Position numbers and translations under genes: made by a program
Source of the DNA: Candidatus Firestoneibacteriota bacterium
Lineage (GTDB): Bacteria; Oederibacteriota; D2-FULL-39-29; JBDRBU01
Reading direction: 5' to 3'
Length of the DNA stretch: 51,073 bases
NCBI GenBank assembly: GCA_043822305.1
Contig: JBDRBU010000050.1
Span: 1-51,073 of the forward strand
In this document: one piece after another, positions 9,336-18,594 of the stretch
Layout: each line of letters begins with the position of its first letter
Numbering within the stretch: the stretch's first letter is position 1
Notes under the pieces: model-generated
The model's database searches: none
Seen by the model: the letters and a program-made list of their open reading frames with translations, nothing else
What the model was told of the DNA's origin: nothing

Positions 9336-10703
9336 TTATCGCTTCTTTCTACCGTCCCATATAAAATGGGACGCTACCTCAATAAATTTATTCATCTCGT
9401 CTTCTGTTCTTTTTTCGGTAACACAAATAAGCATGTTATTCTTTAACTCCGGGAAAAATCTCCCTAAATCTATTCCACCTATTATTTTATTCTTAAACAA
9501 TTTTTTATTTAATTTATTAATAGGTGTTGAACTTTCCACTACAAATTCCTTAAAAAATGGGCTTGAAAACTTTTCTTTAAAATTTGATGTTTTGCACAAG
9601 TTTTCTTTTAAAAAATGTGATTTCTGTAAACATTGATTACCTACTTCTTTAATACCTTCTTTTCCTAATAAAGATAAATAAATAGTGGAAGCAACAGCAC
9701 AGAGCGATTCATTTGAACATATATTTGAAGTTGCTTTCTCCCTTCTGATATGCTGTTCTCTTGTTTGCAAGGTAAGAGTAAAAGCCCGTTTACCTTCCTT
9801 ATCAACTGTTTCACCAATAATTCTACCTGGAATGTTTCTCATAAATTCCTTCTTAGCCGAAAAAAATCCCAAATACGGACCTCCAAAGTTCAAGTCATTG
9901 CCTAACGCCTGTCCCTCGCCTACGGCAATATCAGCCTCATACTCCCCTGGTGGAATTAAAATTCCAAGTGATATCGGGTCAACACAGGCTATAAAAATAG
10001 CACCACATTTATGAACAATCTTTTCTATCTCAATTACATCTTCAATACATCCAAAAAAATTAGGTTGCTGAATAATCACACAGCCTACATCATCTTTACA
10101 TTTATCTTTTAAATCATTCAGGTCAATAATTCCATTAGTACAATTTACTTCTTCTATCACTATTTCTAAATTTTTAGTATAAGTTTTTAACACTTCTTTA
10201 TATTCCGGATGAAGACATCTTGGCAGGATAACTTTCTTTTTATTGTTCGTATTATAAGCCATGAATACTGCTTCAACCAGAGCGGTTGAACCATCATACA
10301 TTGAAGCATTTGAAACATCCATTTTTGTTAACTCGCAAATCATAGTTTGATATTCAAAAAATACTTGTAATATCCCTTGAGAAACTTCTGCCTGGTATGG
10401 CGTGTATGAAGTACAAAATTCTGAACGGTTAGATAAATATTTAACAACAGATGGAATAAAATGGTCATATGCACCTGCACCAAGAAAACTAATGTATTCA
10501 TCTGTGTTGCAATTTTTACTTGCTATATTATGCAATTCCTGTCTTACTTCTAATTCGGATTTCGCTTCCGGCAAATTTAAATTTTTCTTTAATCTTAATG
10601 TCTCCGGAATATCTTTAAACAAATCATCAATGGACTTTACTCCTATTATCCGAAGCATCTCTTTTATATCTTCATCTGTATGTGGTAAATATGGAAATTG
10701 CAT
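9336..10703 (-). CDS. gcvPA: Glycine dehydrogenase (decarboxylating) subunit 1
   Basis: FLGAGAY, YTPYQAEVSQG, NASMYDG, TREQHIRREKATSNICSN. Confidence 0.96.
   Translation of the reverse strand: MQFPYLPHTDEDIKEMLRIIGVKSIDDLFKDIPETLRLKKNLNLPEAKSELEVRQELHNIASKNCNTDEYISFLGAGAYDHFIPSVVKYLSNRSEFCTSYTPYQAEVSQGILQVFFEYQTMICELTKMDVSNASMYDGSTALVEAVFMAYNTNNKKKVILPRCLHPEYKEVLKTYTKNLEIVIEEVNCTNGIIDLNDLKDKCKDDVGCVIIQQPNFFGCIEDVIEIEKIVHKCGAIFIACVDPISLGILIPPGEYEADIAVGEGQALGNDLNFGGPYLGFFSAKKEFMRNIPGRIIGETVDKEGKRAFTLTLQTREQHIRREKATSNICSNESLCAVASTIYLSLLGKEGIKEVGNQCLQKSHFLKENLCKTSNFKEKFSSPFFKEFVVESSTPINKLNKKLFKNKIIGGIDLGRFFPELKNNMLICVTEKRTEDEMNKFIEVASHFIWDGRKKR
9353..9377 (-). repeat. GTAG-type REP-like palindrome inside the gcvPA 3' end
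   Basis: Minus strand GTAG-CGTCCCAT-TTTAT-ATGGGACG, a perfect 8-bp stem; encodes VASHFIWD. Confidence 0.6.
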
Positions 10704-10704
10704 A

Positions 10705-11112
10705 TCAGTGCTGTTCCTTTACCTCTTCTTCTATATATTTTTTATACTCATTAGCATTCATTAATTTATTTAACTCTTTCATATCACTTATATGAATTTT
10801 TATAAGCCAACCTTCTTTATCTGGACTTTTACTAACCGTCTCGGGTTGTGAATTTATTTTTTCATTTATCTCTATCACTTTACCGGAAACAGGCAAAAGC
10901 AGTTCAAAAACTGCCTTTACAGATTCCAATGTTCCGAATGGTAAACCCATCTTTACTTCTAACCCCACTTTTGGTAACTCTATAAACACAATATCTTTAA
11001 CCTGAGTAGTCGCATAGCTGGTAATTCCAATAGTTCCAGTATTTCCTTCTACTTTAATCCATTCATGGCTTTTGGTATATTTTAAATCTTCCGCTTTAAT
11101 CCATTCTGACAT
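10705..11112 (-). CDS. gcvH: Glycine cleavage system H protein
   Basis: YTKSHEW, GIT.YA, lipoyl-lysine motif LESVKA, GWL. Confidence 0.95.
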   Translation of the reverse strand: MSEWIKAEDLKYTKSHEWIKVEGNTGTIGITSYATTQVKDIVFIELPKVGLEVKMGLPFGTLESVKAVFELLLPVSGKVIEINEKINSQPETVSKSPDKEGWLIKIHISDMKELNKLMNANEYKKYIEEEVKEQH

Positions 11113-11125
11113 TTTTCTCCTCCAT

Positions 11126-11147
11126 AAATTGGGATGTGTCTCTATTT
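11126..11147 (-). repeat. Short palindrome, family B
   Basis: Minus strand AAATAGAGACACATCCCAATTT; resembles 26372-26394 and 14909-14930; overlaps the pyrE stop. Confidence 0.45.
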
Positions 11148-11714
11148 TCTGCTACCTCTTTTTGTTAAAGGAATACCTTTTTTGCAAAGTGGACATTTTT
11201 CTGACCTAAAATTCTCAACATTTAATGTGGCCAGTGCTTCTTTTCGGACACCAAAATCTACTTTATCACCGCTTCTATCTATTAGCAATCCAACACCTAC
11301 TATATCTCCGTTTAGTTCTTTTACAAGATTAACAATTTCCATAACAGAACCACCTGTTGTAATAATATCTTCAACTATAAGCACTCTTTCATTATGTTTT
11401 ATTTCAAAATCCCTTTTTAAAGTCATCTTTCCTTCTTCTCTTTCAGTAAATATTCCTCTTACATTTAGTTGTTTTGCTACTTCATAAGCAAGAATTACGC
11501 CGCCAGTAACAGGTCCAATTACAACTTCAATATTGTCATCTTTAAACCTTTCTGCTATTTCTTTGCATAAAATTTCTGTGTATTTTGGATATTGTAAAAC
11601 TTTAAACTTTTCAAGATAAGTTCCACTATGCAATCCTGAAGTTAATTTAAAATGTCCGGTAAGCAATGCACCCGCATCTTTAAATATTTTCAAAATTTCA
11701 TCCTGATTAATCAT
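11142..11714 (-). CDS. pyrE: Orotate phosphoribosyltransferase
   Basis: GHFKLTSGLHS and PRPP motif VLIVEDIITTGGS. Confidence 0.95.
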   Translation of the reverse strand: MINQDEILKIFKDAGALLTGHFKLTSGLHSGTYLEKFKVLQYPKYTEILCKEIAERFKDDNIEVVIGPVTGGVILAYEVAKQLNVRGIFTEREEGKMTLKRDFEIKHNERVLIVEDIITTGGSVMEIVNLVKELNGDIVGVGLLIDRSGDKVDFGVRKEALATLNVENFRSEKCPLCKKGIPLTKRGSRK

Positions 11715-14700
11715 GTTTTACCTCCCTGATTTATTTTTCTTTTTTCATTGCACATCTTTGCAATTTCTTTTAAAAACTTTTTACAAACTTTTGGAATCTT
11801 ATAACCACACAACATAACATTATTTGCTGAAACCTTTTTAGAATTTGTTACAAAACACCAACCTTCCAAATATGATAGAATATCTAACAAATACAAGTAA
11901 TTCTTTCTACAAATTTCTAATACTTTTTGTAAAATTTTATCAGCTTTTTTAATTTTACCATATTCTGCAAGAATCAATGTATTAAAAAATATTTTTTCTA
12001 ATGCAGGATAAAAATACGGATGTACTTCAGATTCACATACAAATTTTGGGGTTACCTCTTTACTTATTATCTGATTCCAATATTCCTTGAATTTCTTTTT
12101 AATTATTCCTTGTAAATACAAACTACGGCCATGAACTCTACCCTTAAACTTTAAAACTCCAATATTTTTAGGATATTCCATGGCCAATTTTGTACATTCT
12201 AATGCTTTATCATATTCTCCTGCTTCAATTAATAATTCTGCTTTACTATTATAAGCGTCTTCATAAATCTGCCGTGATAAATATTCTATTTCCCATGGAT
12301 AAAACTGTTTATCTTTTATAAATTCAATTGCCTGATCATATTCTTTTAAATCTATATATAATTTTGCCTTTCTTTCCATAGCCTTAGGATGTTCTAATAC
12401 TTTATTTGTTATTTTAGATGCAATTCTTTTTCTAATATTTAAATATCCATATGCTGCTAAAAATCTATCTGCTTCATAATAAACTTCCCAATTATTTGAA
12501 TCAAGTTTAATTGCTTTTTCATACTCTTCCGCCATTTTACAATGGTTTAATTTTGCTCTCAAATGACCAAGTGCAATATTCCTGTATACAGTAGAATTAT
12601 TTGAACCTAATTTCCTGGCCAGATAAAAATCCCTTAATCCTTCCTCGTATCTGCATTTGTAAAACATAAAATTACCTAAGTATTCATATGTGTTTGGTAA
12701 ATTTGGAAAGTATTTTATAGCGTTTTTTAATATCTCTACAGATTCAATCTGCCATGGAAAAACTCTTTTACATTTTAACTTTGCACCTAAAAAGTAATTC
12801 TTTTTTGCCTTTTTAATATTTCCAATCTTCTCATAACAGTAACCCAAATAGTAATATATTAAAGGATAATTAGAAAAATCTTTTCTTGCTTTACTTAAAA
12901 CTTTAATTGCTTCATTATATAGTCCACTTTGAATATAATCCATTGCAAGTTCTATAGAATTTTCAGGTATTCTTTTTAGAATCCTATCTAAAATATCTTT
13001 ATACTTTTTATTATTATTTATCAAACAATGCTCAAATAAAATTAACCCATCTATTGGTTCTTTTACAATGAAATTGTTTATTATCTTCCTTGCTTCATTT
13101 GTCTTTCCACATTTCCTTAATGCAGCAGTATAAAGACCCACTATCTTTGGATTATTTGAATCTCTTGAATATGTTTTCTTAAACAAATCTACTGCTTTAT
13201 TATAATTTTTCTCAATTAATGCAATCTTACCTAATTCAACAAAAGATGCGGGTGCAATATAACTCTTATCTAAACTTGATTTCCAAAAACATTCTTTTGC
13301 TTTTAATAATTTCCCCTGTCCCTTGTAATTTAGTCCTAAAAAATAGTAAACATCCAAATCATAATTACTACATTTTAATACTCTTAAAAACTTTTCTTCT
13401 GCTTCACTAAATAAACCTCTCATTAGAGCAATAATTCCTAATCTTAAAATTGCTGGTGAATATCCTGGATTCTTTTCCAATACGGCTAAATACTTCTTTC
13501 CTGCCTTTCCAATTAATCTTTGTTTCTCTAATTCTAATCCTTGAAAGTATAATTTTTCTACTGTATTTTTAATGTTTTTACTTTTTGTTTCTTTCTCTGA
13601 TTCATAATAACTTATCTTTGATAAAATCCGTTCATACTTAGCTAAAAAAATATTATTATTAACTATCTTAAAGGAAATCTTATCATTAGGATTAGCATTA
13701 GGAAGAGAGGCAGAATCAAAAAAAGTCACTTCTGGTTTTAAAGATACCCTTTTTTTATAAATAACCTTACCATTAATAGTAAGTATTATTTTTGAATCCA
13801 AAAATTTTTTTGTTGAATTAATATAGAACTTAATCATATTATCATTATGTTTCAGATTTAATATTATATCTGTATTTGCATACATAAAACTTTTTGTACC
13901 TCTTACAGGAATCCAATATCCTTTCCAGATATTTGAAGCATATGGATTCATAAACTCAAAATTAGCCTGTGTCATGAACGAACCACATTGAAACTCAGTA
14001 TAGAGAGGCATATCATCTGTTAAAAAATCTCTCCACATTAAACCAAAATCAGAAGTTCCCCATGTAAAAAACTTCTTTCCTGATTCTTCAAATCTATTTG
14101 AATAATGGGCTACACCAAAATCATAATCTTCATTATAATATCCAAAAAAATTTTCCTTACACTTATGAGCAAAAATCTCTTCAATATTTGCAAAATTCTT
14201 ATAATAACTTAAATCTACTCCTTTATTATCAACAGGGAAATTTCTTGTAATTCCAATACCTGTCACTTTATTAGCCGGAAAAATTACTCTTAAACCATCT
14301 GTGGCATCCGCTGCTGCATTTGTCCAGAAATAATACCTTTCTGGCAGATTCGTCCTATTATGAAGTTTAACTGTTATTTCAATATAAGCAATACCTGGAT
14401 ATAATTTTATAAAAACAGACCATCTCATTCTTGTAGATAATTCAATATTACCTACAACAATAGTAGCACTACCATTTTTTTCAGTATAATAATGATAATC
14501 AATTGTTTTAAAAGAAGTAATAGAATGTCCTATTGGAAAGTTAAACTCTACACCGCAGGCTATCCAACTTCCTGAAAGCTGAACCATAGCAGGTTTTATA
14601 ACGGGATTTTTATAAAACATATCTTTACCACTTATTTTGTCTAAAGCAGAATAAATTCTTCCACCTCTTTCCGGTAAAATAATTAATTTTAAATATTTAT

Positions 14701-14875
14701 TTTCTAAAAAGATTGCTTTATATAAATAGTTCTTTTTTACATCTTTTAAATGCAAATTTCTTACATAAGGGTATACTCTTAAATTACCTTCTAATGTTAA
14801 GTCTGGATTTTTATTTTCTTCTCCAACTTCATAAGTTGGTATGTTTATCTTCTCTTCCCATACTTTTACTTTCAT
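11711..14875 (-). CDS. DUF5107-like N-terminal domain plus multiple TPRs
   Basis: IPTY...VYPY, LENKYLKLIILPERGGRI, GVEFNFP, GKKFFTWG, followed by many TPR-like helical repeats. Confidence 0.8.
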   Translation of the reverse strand: MKVKVWEEKINIPTYEVGEENKNPDLTLEGNLRVYPYVRNLHLKDVKKNYLYKAIFLENKYLKLIILPERGGRIYSALDKISGKDMFYKNPVIKPAMVQLSGSWIACGVEFNFPIGHSITSFKTIDYHYYTEKNGSATIVVGNIELSTRMRWSVFIKLYPGIAYIEITVKLHNRTNLPERYYFWTNAAADATDGLRVIFPANKVTGIGITRNFPVDNKGVDLSYYKNFANIEEIFAHKCKENFFGYYNEDYDFGVAHYSNRFEESGKKFFTWGTSDFGLMWRDFLTDDMPLYTEFQCGSFMTQANFEFMNPYASNIWKGYWIPVRGTKSFMYANTDIILNLKHNDNMIKFYINSTKKFLDSKIILTINGKVIYKKRVSLKPEVTFFDSASLPNANPNDKISFKIVNNNIFLAKYERILSKISYYESEKETKSKNIKNTVEKLYFQGLELEKQRLIGKAGKKYLAVLEKNPGYSPAILRLGIIALMRGLFSEAEEKFLRVLKCSNYDLDVYYFLGLNYKGQGKLLKAKECFWKSSLDKSYIAPASFVELGKIALIEKNYNKAVDLFKKTYSRDSNNPKIVGLYTAALRKCGKTNEARKIINNFIVKEPIDGLILFEHCLINNNKKYKDILDRILKRIPENSIELAMDYIQSGLYNEAIKVLSKARKDFSNYPLIYYYLGYCYEKIGNIKKAKKNYFLGAKLKCKRVFPWQIESVEILKNAIKYFPNLPNTYEYLGNFMFYKCRYEEGLRDFYLARKLGSNNSTVYRNIALGHLRAKLNHCKMAEEYEKAIKLDSNNWEVYYEADRFLAAYGYLNIRKRIASKITNKVLEHPKAMERKAKLYIDLKEYDQAIEFIKDKQFYPWEIEYLSRQIYEDAYNSKAELLIEAGEYDKALECTKLAMEYPKNIGVLKFKGRVHGRSLYLQGIIKKKFKEYWNQIISKEVTPKFVCESEVHPYFYPALEKIFFNTLILAEYGKIKKADKILQKVLEICRKNYLYLLDILSYLEGWCFVTNSKKVSANNVMLCGYKIPKVCKKFLKEIAKMCNEKRKINQGGKT

Positions 14876-14888
14876 ATCTTACCTTTAA

Positions 14889-14930
14889 TGTAGTTGCCCA
14901 GCGCTACAAAAATAGGATCTGCCCTATTTT
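14889..14930 (+). repeat. Truncated family A REP followed by a family B palindrome
   Basis: TGTAGTTGCCCAGCGCTACA then AAAATAGG-ATCTGC-CCTATTTT, in the predicted 5' UTR of the 11711..14875 gene. Confidence 0.55.
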
Positions 14931-14938
14931 ACATCATA

Positions 14939-14967
14939 ATTATAGTAATTTTATACCAAAAAGGCAA
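14939..14967 (-). promoter_or_regulatory. Putative sigma70 promoter for the DUF5107-pyrE-gcv operon
   Basis: TTGCCT (14967-14962), 17 nt, TATAAT (14944-14939). Confidence 0.55.
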
Positions 14968-14983
14968 GTGTTTTCGACTGGAT

Positions 14984-17900
14984 TTAATTTCGAGGCTCAT
15001 TTGGATACCATAACCATAAGAAAAAATTAAATCTTTTACGCAATTTTTTTAAAACGATTTGAGAATTATTTATTTTGTTTTCTAATATTGCCTTTTCTTT
15101 TTTTTCGTTCTCTAAGTTCTTTTTTATTTGTCTGGTTTCAGCCTCGTATAATTTTAACTGATTTTGCAAGTTTTCTATTTTAAATATAAATTCTTTTTCT
15201 TGGTTTTCATAATTAACCTTTGTTTGATTTAATTTATCTTCCACATCTATTAGTTTCTTTCTCTCTCCTTCTTCTTTTTCCTTTTGTGTCCTTAATTTAA
15301 CCTCAATTAAAGCATATTCTGCCTGAATGGATTTAATTTTTTCTTTTTCGTCTTTTAATCCTTGTTCATATCTATTCGTTACCTCTTTTAATTGCATCTG
15401 CAAACGGTTTATGGCTAATTTTAACTCCTCTTCCTTCATTTCGTATTCACTTTTTATTCTATTTTCAGTCTCATCTAATTTATTTTTTAACAAATTTAAG
15501 TTTTCCTCTTTTTCGTTTAAATCTTTTTCTAACTCCTTTATTCTAACTGTAAAATCAGTGAGATCCTCTTCCTTAATCTTTATAATATTATTGTATTCTT
15601 CCTGTTTTTCTAAAAGACCTTTGTTAATTTCATCCTTTCTTAATAATTGAGATTCATAATCTGATCTAGCTTCTTTGTTCTTTTCTAACTCTAATTGCAC
15701 CTCCTGTATTATCTTGTTTTTCTCAATTTCTATTTGATTGCCTAAAGTATCTTTCGACAAAACTTGCTCTTTTAACATTGAAATTTCAGAGATTAAATCA
15801 TGTATTTCTTTATCTTGATTAGATATTCTTTCCAAATTATTATCTATCGAACTTTTTAATTTTAATATATGTTCTTCTTTTTCCCTGACTAAATTCTTGA
15901 TATCCAATATCTCGATTTCCATTTTCTTCATATTTTCAAGACTTTCACTAAAAGAATGTTCTTTCTGGCTATATTCCTCTTCTAATATTTTTAAACGATT
16001 TGGGATTTCACCTTTTAACTCTAATTTTTCCTGTTCTAAATTAGATATTCTTTGTATAAATCCTTGCATCTCCTCATCTTTCTCGCTTAGTTTAGAAAAA
16101 TTTTCTTCCAAAAACTTCATCTTGTTTTCCTTATCCAATCTGCTCTTCTCAAATTCTTCCAGTACCTTTATCCTGTCTTCACTTATTTGTTTTAGATCAT
16201 ACTCTAATTTTAATTTTTCTCCTTCTAATCTTATTTTTTCAGATTCAAGTATCCTGATTTTATCTTCATTTAACTTAATTTTATTGATATAATTTTCTTC
16301 GTTTGTTTTTAAGTTGCTTTTTAAACTTTCCTTTTCTTGATTTATGTGTTTTATTTCGCCTTCCAACTCCAATCTTTTCTGTTCTAAATTAGACATTCTT
16401 TGTATAAACCTTTGTATTTCTTCATCTTTCTCACTCAAAAACTTCATCTTGTCTTCTTTATCTTTACTTATTCTAAAAATATTATCTTCTAATGTTTTTA
16501 TTTTATTATCTTTATCCAATCTGCTCTTCTCGAATTCTTCCAGTACCTTTATCCTGTCTTCACTTATTTGTTTTAGATCATACTCTAATTTTGATTTTTC
16601 TCCTTCTAATCTTATTTTTTCAGATTCAAGTATCCTGATTTTATCTTCATTTAACTTAATTTTATTGATATAATTTTCTTCGTTTATTTTTAAGTTATTT
16701 TTTAAACTTTCTACTTCTAACCTTAATTGACTTTCTAATATTTCATGTTTTTCCCCTAATCGTTTAATTTCTTCTTCTCTCTCGCTATAAATTTCCTTTT
16801 CCTGCCTTATTTTATCTGATAATCTTTTATTTTCCCCTACCTCTTCCAACAAATTATCTTCTCTTTCTTTTATCCTTGTCATGAAATATTTCTTCTCATC
16901 TTCAAACCTACAAGACCATTCATTTCCGGCTTTATCTAACTTCTCAGTTAATATTTTAATCTTTTCATCCCTTTCAGAGATTTCAATAGTGGTTATGTAC
17001 TCTTTGGCGTAGATTTTCTCTTGTTCAAATATTTTTTTTATTTCTCCTATCTCTTTATCTTTAAGATCATATGCTTCTTTTATTATATTTTCTTTTCTTA
17101 ATATCTCGGTTTTCAAGTTGTTCATCTCAAATTCTTTAACCTCTAAACTTTTTTTCCATAAATCCTCTTGTTTGCAAACCTCATAATTAACATCTTTTAT
17201 TTTACTTTCCATATCTATTAATTGATAGCGAAGGGCTGATTCTTTTTCTAAATACTCTTTAATCAACCCGTTTTTTTCTTCATCTTTTTCTTTAATTTTT
17301 ATCTCCATCAAATTCAAGTCATTTACATATTCTTCATTTAGCTTTTTAATCTCATCTTCATGCAATTTCACCAATTCTTTCACTTCCATCCTTAAAGCAT
17401 TTATTGCTTCGTCGTTTTTATTTAGTAACTCTACAAATTTTTTGCGCTCTTCTTCAAATTTATTCTCCTTTTCTTTGTTTTCCAATCTTTCTTTCTCGAG
17501 AATTTGTTTTAATTCCTTTTCTTTAGTTTCAAACTGTAGTTTTAATACCTTAATCCATTCCTCTCTTTCAATCCATGTATTTTTTTCTCTTTCTTTTAAG
17601 TCTTGCTCTGATTTGGCAATAGATAATTTTGCATCTAATTCACTTTCTTCTATTTTTCTTGTTAACCCTTCTTCTTTTTCCTTAAATGATTTTCTTAAAT
17701 CTTCAATTTCTTTTTCCCTATTAGAAAGAATTTCTAATATTCTTTCCTTATCAGTTATTATTCCTTTAGTTCTTTCTTCTACAACTTTTGATGCATTCTC
17801 GTTAATCTTCTTTATCTCTTCTTCTTTCTTTTCGATAATTGTTCTAATCTTTGTCTCTTGTAATGTTATTTCAACTTTTAATGCATTTACCTCTTCATCT

Positions 17901-18580
17901 TTTACCTTAAGTGTTTGAAACCATGTCCTTTCTCTTTCCTGTTGTAACTTTTCCTCTGCTTCTTTTAATTCCAGAAGAGATTTTTCCTGTAAAGATTTTA
18001 TTTCTTGCTCTCTTTTATTCCAAACCAATTCTCTTTTGGCCAATTCTTCTTTTATGACTACATTATCTTCTTCTTTTTTTTGTAAGTTTTCTATTAATGT
18101 TTCTTTTTCTTCAAATAATTTTAACTGTTGTTTTGAAAAACTCTCTTCAAGTCTTGATTTTAACTGAGATTCCATCTCGATTATTTTTACGTTTACTTCT
18201 TCGTCTTTTTTCATTAATAAGTTTTTAATACTTTTCATTTCTTCTTCTTTATCTTTACGCAATTTATCCCAATCGGACTCTTCTTTATCCAATCTTGCTT
18301 TATATTCATCTATTTCTCTTTGTAACCCTACCTTCATCTTTTTAATTTCTTCTTCTTTGTTTTTTAATAAACCATGCAAATTCAATACTTTATCGGCTAA
18401 TTCCTTTTCTCTTTGCAAAGTAATAGGTGGAGTAAAAAACGGGGTTTCTGACTTAGAATCAGATTCAGAAGATGGAGGTGGAACAAACATATTCTCATCA
18501 ATATCTGGTAAAAAATTATTATCTTTTTGATTGTTTATTCCACTAAATGGCGGTACGGGTGGTAATGTATCATCTTCCAA
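14984..18580 (-). CDS. Very long coiled-coil protein (1198 aa), Pro-rich N-terminus, basic/aromatic C-terminal tail
   Basis: E/K/L-rich heptad composition throughout, no ATPase motifs; TTG start after GGAGGTG RBS that overlaps the upstream stop. Confidence 0.85.
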   Translation of the reverse strand: MEDDTLPPVPPFSGINNQKDNNFLPDIDENMFVPPPSSESDSKSETPFFTPPITLQREKELADKVLNLHGLLKNKEEEIKKMKVGLQREIDEYKARLDKEESDWDKLRKDKEEEMKSIKNLLMKKDEEVNVKIIEMESQLKSRLEESFSKQQLKLFEEKETLIENLQKKEEDNVVIKEELAKRELVWNKREQEIKSLQEKSLLELKEAEEKLQQERERTWFQTLKVKDEEVNALKVEITLQETKIRTIIEKKEEEIKKINENASKVVEERTKGIITDKERILEILSNREKEIEDLRKSFKEKEEGLTRKIEESELDAKLSIAKSEQDLKEREKNTWIEREEWIKVLKLQFETKEKELKQILEKERLENKEKENKFEEERKKFVELLNKNDEAINALRMEVKELVKLHEDEIKKLNEEYVNDLNLMEIKIKEKDEEKNGLIKEYLEKESALRYQLIDMESKIKDVNYEVCKQEDLWKKSLEVKEFEMNNLKTEILRKENIIKEAYDLKDKEIGEIKKIFEQEKIYAKEYITTIEISERDEKIKILTEKLDKAGNEWSCRFEDEKKYFMTRIKEREDNLLEEVGENKRLSDKIRQEKEIYSEREEEIKRLGEKHEILESQLRLEVESLKNNLKINEENYINKIKLNEDKIRILESEKIRLEGEKSKLEYDLKQISEDRIKVLEEFEKSRLDKDNKIKTLEDNIFRISKDKEDKMKFLSEKDEEIQRFIQRMSNLEQKRLELEGEIKHINQEKESLKSNLKTNEENYINKIKLNEDKIRILESEKIRLEGEKLKLEYDLKQISEDRIKVLEEFEKSRLDKENKMKFLEENFSKLSEKDEEMQGFIQRISNLEQEKLELKGEIPNRLKILEEEYSQKEHSFSESLENMKKMEIEILDIKNLVREKEEHILKLKSSIDNNLERISNQDKEIHDLISEISMLKEQVLSKDTLGNQIEIEKNKIIQEVQLELEKNKEARSDYESQLLRKDEINKGLLEKQEEYNNIIKIKEEDLTDFTVRIKELEKDLNEKEENLNLLKNKLDETENRIKSEYEMKEEELKLAINRLQMQLKEVTNRYEQGLKDEKEKIKSIQAEYALIEVKLRTQKEKEEGERKKLIDVEDKLNQTKVNYENQEKEFIFKIENLQNQLKLYEAETRQIKKNLENEKKEKAILENKINNSQIVLKKLRKRFNFFLWLWYPNEPRN
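16131..16711. repeat. Intragenic ~200-bp near-identical direct repeat (16131-16330 and 16512-16711)
   Basis: Offset 381 nt (127 codons); duplicates NEENYINKIKLNEDKIRILESEKIRLEGEK...EKSRLDK with only a few mismatches. Confidence 0.9.
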
Positions 18581-18594
18581 TTTATGCTCACCTC

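Noticed and set aside
14984..18580. SMC/SbcC call for the coiled-coil protein
   Set aside because: No Walker A/B, signature motif or hinge domain visible.
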